NCBI GenBank assembly: GCA_009835325.1
Contig: VXWP01000080.1
Location: forward strand, 3,292 to 67,291
DNA: 64,000 bases
Direction: 5' to 3'
Source of the DNA: Gemmatimonadota bacterium
Lineage (GTDB): Bacteria > JAAXHH01
Positions 47,548 through 56,145 of this stretch are shown here, one piece after another (the first letter of the stretch is position 1; each line of letters starts with the position of its first letter). The position numbers and the translations under genes were made by a program. The notes below the pieces were generated by a model. It worked only from the letters and a program-made list of their open reading frames with translations, was not told where the DNA came from and did no database searches.

Positions 47548-48438
47548 ATGACCGGTAAGACGCTCATCGTCGCAAATCCCACATCGGGCAGTGGACGCGG
47601 CTTGAGATACGCGGAGCGGGTGCGGGATCTGTTGACCGCGAAACTTGCGGACGTCGAGATCCGCCCTACCTCAGCCCGGGGCGAAGCGGAGGCATTCGCG
47701 GCGGAAGCGGTGCACGCGGGATATGCATGTGTCGCCGCATGCGGGGGCGACGGAACCGTCCACGAGGTGGTGAACGGGCTGGCCGGAACGGACGTCGCCC
47801 TCGGCATCCTGCCCTGCGGACGCGGCAACGATTTCGCCAGGGCGATGCAGATACCGTCCGCACCCGAGAAGGCCGCATCCGTCCTGCTGCAGGGCCATGT
47901 CCGTCCCTTCGACCTGGGCAGGGTGAACGACCGGTACTTCGCGACGGTGGTGACGCTGGGATTCGATTCGGAGGTGGCCAGGCTGGTGTACGAAGGGCAG
48001 GTCCCGTTCAAGGGCACGGCGGCCTATCTGTGGGGCCTGGCGCGCATGCTGCGCGTCTATCGCGGCGTGGCCCTGCGCATGACCGGGGACTTTGGCACCA
48101 TCGACCAGACGGTCCTGCTCGCGGCCACCGGGAATACCAGCACGTACGGCGGCGGGATCAGGATCGCGCCGAACGCCAGCCCGGCGGACGGTGCCCTCGA
48201 CATCTGCCTCGTGCGCATGATGAGCGCGGGCCGTATCCTGCGCGTGTTTCCCCGGGTCTACTGGGGCGGACACCTGACCCACCCCGACGTCTTCTCATAC
48301 AGGACGGGCAGCCTGAGCATGGAAACGGAGCGGCCGGTCGTACTGTTCGCCGACGGCGAGCCCGTGGGCGAGACGCCGGCGGAGATCATCGCGGCACCCG
48401 GCGCGCTGCGGGTCGCCTGTCCGGTCCCCCAGGCCTGA
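47548..48438 (+). CDS. Diacylglycerol kinase catalytic-domain lipid kinase (YegS/DgkA-like)
   Basis: LIVANPTSGSGRG ... ACGGDGTVHEV DAGK_cat motifs. Confidence 0.85.
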   Translation: MTGKTLIVANPTSGSGRGLRYAERVRDLLTAKLADVEIRPTSARGEAEAFAAEAVHAGYACVAACGGDGTVHEVVNGLAGTDVALGILPCGRGNDFARAMQIPSAPEKAASVLLQGHVRPFDLGRVNDRYFATVVTLGFDSEVARLVYEGQVPFKGTAAYLWGLARMLRVYRGVALRMTGDFGTIDQTVLLAATGNTSTYGGGIRIAPNASPADGALDICLVRMMSAGRILRVFPRVYWGGHLTHPDVFSYRTGSLSMETERPVVLFADGEPVGETPAEIIAAPGALRVACPVPQA

Positions 48439-48461
48439 GCGGCATTCGGAATCCCGCTCAG

Positions 48462-50105
48462 CTACTCCCTGCTCTTATATAATCGCGAAAACATGAGTCC
48501 GCCTACCGTACCGTCGGGATACCGGGTGTACCCCTTGAGGTTCGACTTTCGAAGCTGCATCGTGAGTGGATGGAACACGAAGGCGGCGCCGTAGTCCCCC
48601 ACCAGAATCTCCTCCGCCTGCCGGTACAGCCCCGTGCGCGTTTCCGGGTCCAGCTCCGCTCCGGCCGTTTCCACCAACGCATCGAATTCGGAGTTCGCCC
48701 AGTCGTGCCGTCCCGCGCCTTTCGGCTGGGAATGCCAGGTCATGTCCAGCATGTTACGTGGGTCCATGTAATCGGCGACGAACCGCAGAAAGCCGAAGTC
48801 CATCTCCCAGTTGTACAGTTTGCTCATGTAGGCGGTCCGGTCCAAGATGCGGATGGAGACGTTCACCCCGAGATGTTCCAGCAGCATACTCTGAATGGCC
48901 ACGCCCGCCATTTGCATGGAAGGCGTCGGCGCGCGAATCCACATTTCCTGCCTGGGAAATCCCCGTCCGTTCGGGTATCCGGCTTCCCGCATCAGCGCTT
49001 TTGCTCTTTCGGGATCGAAAGCCTGGTACGGTTTCATGGCCTCACCGTTGTACTCCCTGAAGTCTGGCGGCATCATGGAATAGGCCGGTGCCGCGGTTCC
49101 CCTCAGTACGATCCGGCAGATCGCATCGCGGTCAAGCGCCCGGGCGAAAGCCTCGCGCACGCGGACATCATTGAACGGCGGTTCACCTACCTTGAAGAAT
49201 AGGTACCAGGTCGTTCTACCGGGCGACCTGACGAGTTCTCCGCTGAGCAGGGGATGGCGTTCGATGCGGTCCAGGTCGTTTATATCCACGTTCTCAACGT
49301 CAACCTCGTTATTCTCGTAGGCCAGGACAGTCTGTGCCGCCGCATAGCGGAAAGGATGGATGACCTTCTCCAGCATGGGCTTGTGGGGGCCGTTGTACAT
49401 GGGGTCGGGAACGAAGGTCATATGGCTGCCGGTCGCCCATTCGGACATTCTGAAACCGGAGTTCGACACGATTTTGTCGACTTCGGTCCACTTCCGGCCG
49501 TGTTTTTCCACGGTCCAGCGCGGCGTGGGATAGGCCAGGCCGAAGGACACGACGTGGGGGAAATGCGGCGCGCCGCGCTCCAGGAGCACCTGGAAGGTGA
49601 GATCGTCCACGGCGCGGACACCGAGTTGGTCCGGGTCCTCGATCTCTCCCAGGCTGATGGCCTTCGCGTTCTTTATGTCATAATAGAAGAAAGCGTAGGG
49701 ATTGGCGTTGGCGGGATCGAGCATGCGTCTGAAGGCGTAGACGAAATCATGGGCCGTGACGGGCCGGCCGTCGCTCCACCGGGCACCCTGACGCAGATGA
49801 AACGTCCATTCCCGGGCGTCCTCGGAGACGTCGTAACCGGTTGCGGCGGCCGGGATGGGCTGCCAGAGTTCGTCCCGGATAAGCAGGGTTTCGAACGGAA
49901 GCAGCGTGCCCTCGCCGTCGTACAGGTTGATCTGGATGTCGAGGCTGCGCGGTTCGGGACTCATCAGGCGGAAGACCTGCTGCTCCGGCGGCGCCGCATC
50001 GGCCGGCAGGGTGACTCCTACGGAGTTCGTGTGCTGGGCATGGGAAAAACCGGTTGCCGGCAGGATGGCCGCGGCCAGCAACAGGACGGAAAGTACCTTG
50101 TGCAT
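48462..50105 (-). CDS. ABC-type solute-binding protein, family 5 (paralog 3), monocistronic
   Basis: Signal peptide MHKVLSVLLLAAAILPATGFSHA; body homologous to the two other SBPs in the window (ARWSDGRPVTAHDFVYAFRR). The track's extension to 50372 is rejected. Confidence 0.8.
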   Translation of the reverse strand: MHKVLSVLLLAAAILPATGFSHAQHTNSVGVTLPADAAPPEQQVFRLMSPEPRSLDIQINLYDGEGTLLPFETLLIRDELWQPIPAAATGYDVSEDAREWTFHLRQGARWSDGRPVTAHDFVYAFRRMLDPANANPYAFFYYDIKNAKAISLGEIEDPDQLGVRAVDDLTFQVLLERGAPHFPHVVSFGLAYPTPRWTVEKHGRKWTEVDKIVSNSGFRMSEWATGSHMTFVPDPMYNGPHKPMLEKVIHPFRYAAAQTVLAYENNEVDVENVDINDLDRIERHPLLSGELVRSPGRTTWYLFFKVGEPPFNDVRVREAFARALDRDAICRIVLRGTAAPAYSMMPPDFREYNGEAMKPYQAFDPERAKALMREAGYPNGRGFPRQEMWIRAPTPSMQMAGVAIQSMLLEHLGVNVSIRILDRTAYMSKLYNWEMDFGFLRFVADYMDPRNMLDMTWHSQPKGAGRHDWANSEFDALVETAGAELDPETRTGLYRQAEEILVGDYGAAFVFHPLTMQLRKSNLKGYTRYPDGTVGGLMFSRLYKSRE

Positions 50106-50286
50106 GGAGGTTCCGGGGTAAGGTGGATCTGAATCGAATCTACCGTTGGTGCGCGGTGAATATAGACCCGCCGGCGAAGGCAGGTCAAGAGATTGTCCGT
50201 CGTCCTGTATTTGCTTGACATCCGCCATCCCTGCGCCTACTTGATTACACGGCGTTACCGTCAAGATCGGCGTTTCATCCCGGGTT

Positions 50287-51396
50287 ATGCTCATGCTGTC
50301 CGAAAGCCCCTTTACCTTCGACCGCGTAGTCCGCATCGCAATCGCCGTGGGCGTGATCTGGCTGTTGATCACCCTTATCGCCTATCTGAGCGACGTGCTC
50401 ATACCCTTTGCCGTCGCACTGCTGCTCGCCTACCTGATCAATCCCCTGACTTCCTGGCTGCAACGGAAACTGCCCTTCAAGCAACGAATCATCTCCGTAC
50501 TGCTGAGCCTGACGATCATCCTCGCCGCCGTGGTCCTGTTCCTTTCCATCCTGATCCCGATGGTCGTGTCCGAAGTCGCGCAGATGCAGCGGCTGCTCTC
50601 CGGGCTGGTGGACGCGGACCAGTGGCAGGCGAGAATGCAGGACTATGTTCCGGAGGAAATCAGGATATACATTGCGGACCTGGTCCGGTTTGAAGAGCTG
50701 GTCCAACTGCTGAACTTCGAAAACATCCGGCTGTTCTTTCAACAGATCCTGCCCGGCATCTGGGGCGTATTCTCAGGTACCATCAGCTTCATCATCGGTC
50801 TTGCGGTCGTCATCGTCATCCTGCTCTACCTGGTCTTCATCCTTCTGGACTTCGACGAGATCTCCGAAGGCTGGAAGAACCTGATCCCCGACCAGTACCG
50901 GCAGGTCGTACTCGATGTCGTATCCGACTTTACGAAGGCCATGCGGGTCTATTTTCGCGCCCAGGCTCTCATCGCCTTCATCGTCGGACTGCTCTTCGCG
51001 CTGGGCTTCTGGCTGATCGGCCTGCCCATGGGGATTTTGCTGGGCCTTTTCATCGGGCTGCTCAACATGGTGCCCTACCTGCAGGTCGTGGGTCTCATCC
51101 CGGCGGTGCTTTTCGCGATTGCCGGGGCCCTGGGCGCCGGCGAGAGCATCTGGGTAATGCTCGTCCTCGTCCTGGCCGTGTTCGCCGTCGTACAGGTCAT
51201 CCAGGACGCCATTCTGGTTCCCCGGATCATGGGCAGTGCGACCGGGTTCAACCCGGCGGTGATCCTCCTTTCCCTGTCCATCTGGGGAAAACTGCTGGGT
51301 ATCCTGGGGCTGCTGATCGCGCTGCCGGTGACGTTCCTGGCCCACTCGTACTACAAGCGGTTCCTGAAGGGATCTCAACCGGTGAAGGAGCAGTGA
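50287..51396 (+). CDS. AI-2E (PerM/YhhT) family transporter
   Basis: 369 aa, 8 TM, conserved AI-2E family blocks. Confidence 0.85.
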   Translation: MLMLSESPFTFDRVVRIAIAVGVIWLLITLIAYLSDVLIPFAVALLLAYLINPLTSWLQRKLPFKQRIISVLLSLTIILAAVVLFLSILIPMVVSEVAQMQRLLSGLVDADQWQARMQDYVPEEIRIYIADLVRFEELVQLLNFENIRLFFQQILPGIWGVFSGTISFIIGLAVVIVILLYLVFILLDFDEISEGWKNLIPDQYRQVVLDVVSDFTKAMRVYFRAQALIAFIVGLLFALGFWLIGLPMGILLGLFIGLLNMVPYLQVVGLIPAVLFAIAGALGAGESIWVMLVLVLAVFAVVQVIQDAILVPRIMGSATGFNPAVILLSLSIWGKLLGILGLLIALPVTFLAHSYYKRFLKGSQPVKEQ

Positions 51397-51891
51397 ATGG
51401 ATAGAATCTCCTGGGACGAGTATTTCCTGCGCATCGCTTATGCCGTTTCGGCGCGATCGAACTGCATTCGCCGGCACATCGGTGCCGTGATCGTGAACGA
51501 AAAGATCATCACCAGCACGGGCTATAACGGCACCCCCATGGGCATACCCAACTGCTTCGACGGCGGCTGCAAGCGATGCAATTCGGACGGACCGTCCGGG
51601 GCGAACCTCGACGAATGCGTCTGCATACACGCCGAGGAAAACGCCATCGTCTTCGCCGCGCGCCACGGGTCGTCGACGAGCGGCGCCACGCTCTACACGA
51701 CCAACAAGCCCTGCCTGGGCTGTCTGAAAAAGTCCATCCAGGCGGGGATACGCCGGGTGGTCTATGGGGAGGAGTACGCCTACACGAAGTCCGTCGAAGA
51801 GGTGTATGACTGGCTGGTGGAAGAATCCGGAATCGAGATGGTCGAACTGAAGTTGGACGAGCATCCGGAAACCGTTGTGCAGACGGTCTGA
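51397..51891 (+). CDS. Deoxycytidylate (dCMP) deaminase, ComEB-like
   Basis: CDA zinc motifs HAEENAI and PCLGCLKK. TGAATG junction with the upstream transporter gene. Confidence 0.85.
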   Translation: MDRISWDEYFLRIAYAVSARSNCIRRHIGAVIVNEKIITSTGYNGTPMGIPNCFDGGCKRCNSDGPSGANLDECVCIHAEENAIVFAARHGSSTSGATLYTTNKPCLGCLKKSIQAGIRRVVYGEEYAYTKSVEEVYDWLVEESGIEMVELKLDEHPETVVQTV

Positions 51892-51919
51892 CAACCCCGT
51901 GAGCCGGGGGAGATTCTGC

Positions 51920-51957
51920 TTGACGCGCAGCCGGCCAGCCCGGACATTACGCGTCAA
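51920..51957 (+). promoter_or_regulatory. Perfect 8-bp inverted repeat TTGACGCG-N22-CGCGTCAA upstream of the hypothetical gene
   Basis: Palindromic arms at 51920-51927 and 51950-51957, 40 nt upstream of the TTG start at 51997. Candidate operator; TTGACG could double as a -35. Confidence 0.35.
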
Positions 51958-51996
51958 ATCAATAAGGTCCAATGAACGTGCGAACCGGATGACGTT

Positions 51997-52734
51997 TTGC
52001 ATACCAGCGAACGCATAACTCAGTCGGACTTCGTCTATCGCCGGCGGCAGGATACGAAGTCGGAGGTCCTGTCCTTTTCCGAAGCGTATCCCGATTACCA
52101 TCCGCAGGACCGCGTGGGACTGGTCTCACCCCGTTTGGAAGACGGCGTGTTCGGGTTGGCCGGCGCCGTCCTCGGCCTGGCGACCGGGTTCTACGACTGC
52201 CTCCGGTCGCAAGGGGGCGAGTTCTTCAACTACCCCCAGCATCACGTGTTCATCGGGGGACGGGATGGGCGCGTTCATACGCGAAACGGTGACCGGGACC
52301 TTTCCATCCCGGAGATGGGAAGTGCGTGGGGATGGCTCGACGTCTGGCCGGAGACCAACTGGCATCTCTGTCCGGCGACGCCGGCAGGCATGCTCGAGGC
52401 GGCCTTTCGCCTCCAGGTCAACCGCCTGTTCTGGCCGGCTTCATTCAAACCCGGTACCGTGGATGAACCGCTTTCGCAATACGCATACAGACTGTTGAGC
52501 GGAAGGCTGAAATCCGTCTGGTATTATGACTGCGAGGATGGGAACCTGGAAGTCCGGGCATCGGGGTCTGCCGCGGACGTCATCCGGGAGAGCCTGGAGC
52601 GTCTTCCCTGTGGAGGCACGGAGTCGTACAACGAGGTATATAATGCGGTCCGGCCATGGACTGTAAATCGTTTTAAGGCAGTGGAACCTGAAGCGTTTCT
52701 TGAAGATATGTCGATTTGCTTCACGGATGGATGA
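51997..52734 (+). CDS. Hypothetical protein (no recognisable domain)
   Basis: 245-aa ORF with TTG start and balanced, protein-like composition (W/Y/F/D/E-rich, unlike shadow ORFs). No signal peptide or TM. Confidence 0.45.
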   Translation: MHTSERITQSDFVYRRRQDTKSEVLSFSEAYPDYHPQDRVGLVSPRLEDGVFGLAGAVLGLATGFYDCLRSQGGEFFNYPQHHVFIGGRDGRVHTRNGDRDLSIPEMGSAWGWLDVWPETNWHLCPATPAGMLEAAFRLQVNRLFWPASFKPGTVDEPLSQYAYRLLSGRLKSVWYYDCEDGNLEVRASGSAADVIRESLERLPCGGTESYNEVYNAVRPWTVNRFKAVEPEAFLEDMSICFTDG

Positions 52735-52786
52735 GCTGAAAGAAGCCATACCAAAATGGAGCCTTGCCAAAAAGGAGCAGTGACCC

Positions 52787-54187
52787 ATGGTGGACAGATC
52801 CTACCTTTTCGACGATGACGCCATGCGCGACTTCATCGTGAACGGCTATCACGTGATCACCGTGGACAAGCCGGCCGCGCTGCACGACGACATCTACGAG
52901 AAAACAAAAGCGATCATCGACGAGGACGGGAATCCGGGAAACAACCTGCTGCCTCGCGTGCCCGAGATCCAGCAGGTCTACGACGATCCCGCGGTGAAGG
53001 GCGCGCTGACCAGCCTGCTTGGTCCCGATTACGTGATGCACGCCCACCGCCACCCGCACGTGAACCCGCCGAACAGCAAGGGAGGCGGCTGGCACAAGGA
53101 CAGCTACTGGGGTTACACCAAGGTGCGGGACCATCATCCGCGCTGGATCATGGCCATGTACTATCCCCAGGACACCCCGGTGGAGATCGGCCCGACGGGG
53201 GTGATCCCGGGCAGCCACTACGTCGAGTCCCGCGAGGAGACCGTCGGCGGGAACGGGTCGGTGCCCGACGGATTCCCCGCGAGCGGCAAGGCGGGAACCG
53301 TTACCATCATTCACTTCGACCTCTGGCACCGGGCGTTTCCGAATCAGACGGACAAGGTCCGGTACATGATGAAGTTCCAGTTTACGCGGATGTCGGAGCC
53401 GGACCGGCCCTGGTGGAACCGGCAACACGATGATATCGATCTCGGTGACCTGTCGGACCACCCCCGGAGCGCCATGTGGAGGAACATGTGGCACTGGCTT
53501 GCCGGAAACGGGTCGGCCGGGACCCGGCGGGAAGGCGCGGAACACGTCGAAGCGCTCGCCGGCGACCTGACCCACGAACTCGAACAGAAGCGGCTGCACG
53601 TGGCCTATACCCTGGCGGAGTGCGGTGAGGCCGCCCTCCCCCACCTGCTCTCCGCCCTCCAGCACGAACGGGACGAAGTCCGGCGGGAAGCGTGCTACGG
53701 GCTCGGCGCGCTGGGCGCCGCGGCCGTCGAACCACTGGTCCCCCTGCTCGGGCACGGCGACGAACGGGTCCGGGGCTACGCGGTCTATGCTCTTGGCGAC
53801 ATCCGGCACAACAATCCTTCGGTTGCGGAGCGCCTGGCGGGTCTGACGGACGACCCGTCACCCTTTGTCCGCCAGAACCTGGCCGATGCCCTCGGCCAGA
53901 TCAAGCTGGCTGGAGATTCGGCCGTTCCCGCGCTGGTCGGCATGATTAAAGACGAGGATGAGCAGGTGCGCTCCAGGAGCGCCTACGCGCTGGCCCGCTT
54001 CGGGGACGAAGCCCAGGTGGCCATTCCGCAGCTAGCGGACGCGTGCTACGATGAAAACCGGTACGTGCAGGGCCAGGCCGCCATCGCCCTCGAACAGATC
54101 GGCACGCCGGAAGCCCTGAGCACGCTGCTTCACTGGCTGCAGGCCTCGCGGTGGTGCCCCCTGACGACGGCGAAGAGTACGTACTAG
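52787..54187 (+). CDS. PhyH-like Fe(II)/2OG dioxygenase domain fused to C-terminal HEAT (PBS-lyase-type) repeats
   Basis: N-terminal PhyH pattern (WHKDSYW ... TIIHFDLWHRAF); C-terminal ~5 HEAT-like repeats (DERVRGYAVYALGDI; SPFVRQNLADALGQI; DEQVRSRSAYALARFG; NRYVQGQAAIALEQIG). AAAGGAG RBS. Confidence 0.7.
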   Translation: MVDRSYLFDDDAMRDFIVNGYHVITVDKPAALHDDIYEKTKAIIDEDGNPGNNLLPRVPEIQQVYDDPAVKGALTSLLGPDYVMHAHRHPHVNPPNSKGGGWHKDSYWGYTKVRDHHPRWIMAMYYPQDTPVEIGPTGVIPGSHYVESREETVGGNGSVPDGFPASGKAGTVTIIHFDLWHRAFPNQTDKVRYMMKFQFTRMSEPDRPWWNRQHDDIDLGDLSDHPRSAMWRNMWHWLAGNGSAGTRREGAEHVEALAGDLTHELEQKRLHVAYTLAECGEAALPHLLSALQHERDEVRREACYGLGALGAAAVEPLVPLLGHGDERVRGYAVYALGDIRHNNPSVAERLAGLTDDPSPFVRQNLADALGQIKLAGDSAVPALVGMIKDEDEQVRSRSAYALARFGDEAQVAIPQLADACYDENRYVQGQAAIALEQIGTPEALSTLLHWLQASRWCPLTTAKSTY

Positions 54188-54204
54188 CGGCCGGTTACCG
54201 CCTG

Positions 54205-56145
54205 CTACCAGTCGTGCATCATGTGGCCCTGTCCGGGATAGAACAGGGCATCCGCGATGAAGGACAGGACGATGCCCAGCGTGTATCCGAGCAGCACGCC
54301 CAGGAAAAACCGCTGGCCCGTGCGGTAAGCGCCGGTCCCGACCTTCAGCAGGATGAACTTTATGAGCCAGGCGAGGAAGACGGACAGGATCGAGTCCCGG
54401 ATATTGCTCGCGAAGCAGATGGCGAATCCCACCGGGGCGAGGGGCCACCAGACCAGCCAGTGCCTGAGCTTCAGCAGGACCATGAAGATAACCGCGCCCG
54501 CCGCCATGAACCAGGGCTCGTTCTGCCCCAGGGAAAGAGGGTTCTTCATCCAGGTCACGATTTCTTCGTAGTAATGCACATTGAGATTGCTGAATGCGCC
54601 CCCACCGAAGTTGTAGGCCCCCGTGGAATACCCCCAGTCGATCGAATAGGCCACTGCCGTGACCATGCTGACCAGGAAGGTAACGGTAAGCACGAGCAGC
54701 AGCCCCTTCTTCCGCGGCCAGAATCCGTCGGTCAACCGGTCGGCCAATACGACCGAGCCCATTCCCAGACCGCGCCAGTTCCGGGCATAGGCGCTGGCCA
54801 GGCCCAGCGAGGTGAGGCTTTGGGGTGACACGTTTCCCGATCCAAGGGAAAGCACCGTGATCTGGTGGGCGTTCACGGGCAGGTCCAGGAACACCACCCC
54901 CGTTTCCGCGATCACTTTCGTCGTTCCGAAGTAAAGCACGAACAGAAAGGCCAGAAACACCGCGATCACGGGAAGCGATATCCCCGACTGATAGAGCCAT
55001 GCGCAGATGAAGACCGTCCCCGCCAGCACTCCGGCCACGGCTATCCTGTACGACACCAGTTCTTTCGAATCATCCAGCGCCGGATCCCTGCCCGTTGCCT
55101 TTCTGACCACCGCGAGCAGGTGGCGCCGCGCGGTCCAGAGCGCGTATCCCACGTAAACGAGGAAACCCCCGAAGAACTGTGCGTTGACGCCGCCGGTACC
55201 GCCTGGACCGCTGCCTTCCGTGTTGAGTCCGATGTAGCTCAAGGCGCCGATCTCGAGGATTCCGAGCATGAAAAACACCCAGATGCTCAGGAGGATGTCG
55301 ACGTTGATGAAGTACCCGAAACTGAGCATGTACGGGCTGATGCGCAAGGGGATGGACGGGAACATCGGACTCAGCTGGAGCGGGGTCTCGAAGAAGGTGC
55401 CCACGGGCAGCTGCGGTACGATAAGGGCGAACGAGAAGATATTCCAGATCGCGATGGCCAGCGCGAGGCCGAATCCGACCTGGAAGAGCCGGTCGTAGAC
55501 CAGCTTCGGCCAGCGTCCCGGCGATTGATCGGCTGCTATGAGCTCCAGGGGTACCTGGACCAGGGGAAAGGTAAGCCGCTCATACTCCACCCATTGTTTC
55601 CTGAATATGGCCGCGATGCAGGCGCCGACGACGAAAATGGCAATGAAAAAACTCATCCACCAGGCGACCGGTATGATCCAGGGGGACCACGGGACGGTCC
55701 CGCCCGGCGGGAGCCCTTCGTAGAACCAGCCCATGGCGTTGTTCTGGTTGCTCGCCACGAGCCATTCCGGGAGATAGGGAAAAAACAGTTCGGCCCACTG
55801 GTTTTCCGGCTGGGCGAAGTAGAAAGGCGTGGAGACGATGGTCAGGAAGTACGACACGAAGGCCTTGCCGGGAATCAGGCTGGAGATGAGCAGGATGCAG
55901 AATATCAGCGCCAGCTCGCGGCCGGTGAAGGCGGCTCGTGTGTAGAGGCTCCGGGCGACCGGATTGTACAGGAATACGACGAGCAGGAACAGGGCCAGGG
56001 CGGAGATGGGCAGGTGGGCCACCGACATGCGGGACGAGTGCAGGATATAGGTCCCGTAGGTCACCCAGACGTTGAGGACGATGGCCAGGACCAGCCCCGT
56101 GGCAAGGGACCGCAATGTGATTACGGAGTTTGGCGTTCCTGCCAC
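54205..56145 (-). CDS. Large polytopic membrane protein (~14 TM, ~646 aa) of unrecognised family
   Basis: Continuous ORF with ~14 hydrophobic segments and a Gly-rich loop (NTEGSGPGGTGGVNAQ). Proposed GTG start at 56145 preceded by GGAGGT; the ORF remains open to 56202. Overlaps the sulfatase stop by ~25 nt. Confidence 0.65.
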   Translation of the reverse strand: MAGTPNSVITLRSLATGLVLAIVLNVWVTYGTYILHSSRMSVAHLPISALALFLLVVFLYNPVARSLYTRAAFTGRELALIFCILLISSLIPGKAFVSYFLTIVSTPFYFAQPENQWAELFFPYLPEWLVASNQNNAMGWFYEGLPPGGTVPWSPWIIPVAWWMSFFIAIFVVGACIAAIFRKQWVEYERLTFPLVQVPLELIAADQSPGRWPKLVYDRLFQVGFGLALAIAIWNIFSFALIVPQLPVGTFFETPLQLSPMFPSIPLRISPYMLSFGYFINVDILLSIWVFFMLGILEIGALSYIGLNTEGSGPGGTGGVNAQFFGGFLVYVGYALWTARRHLLAVVRKATGRDPALDDSKELVSYRIAVAGVLAGTVFICAWLYQSGISLPVIAVFLAFLFVLYFGTTKVIAETGVVFLDLPVNAHQITVLSLGSGNVSPQSLTSLGLASAYARNWRGLGMGSVVLADRLTDGFWPRKKGLLLVLTVTFLVSMVTAVAYSIDWGYSTGAYNFGGGAFSNLNVHYYEEIVTWMKNPLSLGQNEPWFMAAGAVIFMVLLKLRHWLVWWPLAPVGFAICFASNIRDSILSVFLAWLIKFILLKVGTGAYRTGQRFFLGVLLGYTLGIVLSFIADALFYPGQGHMMHDW

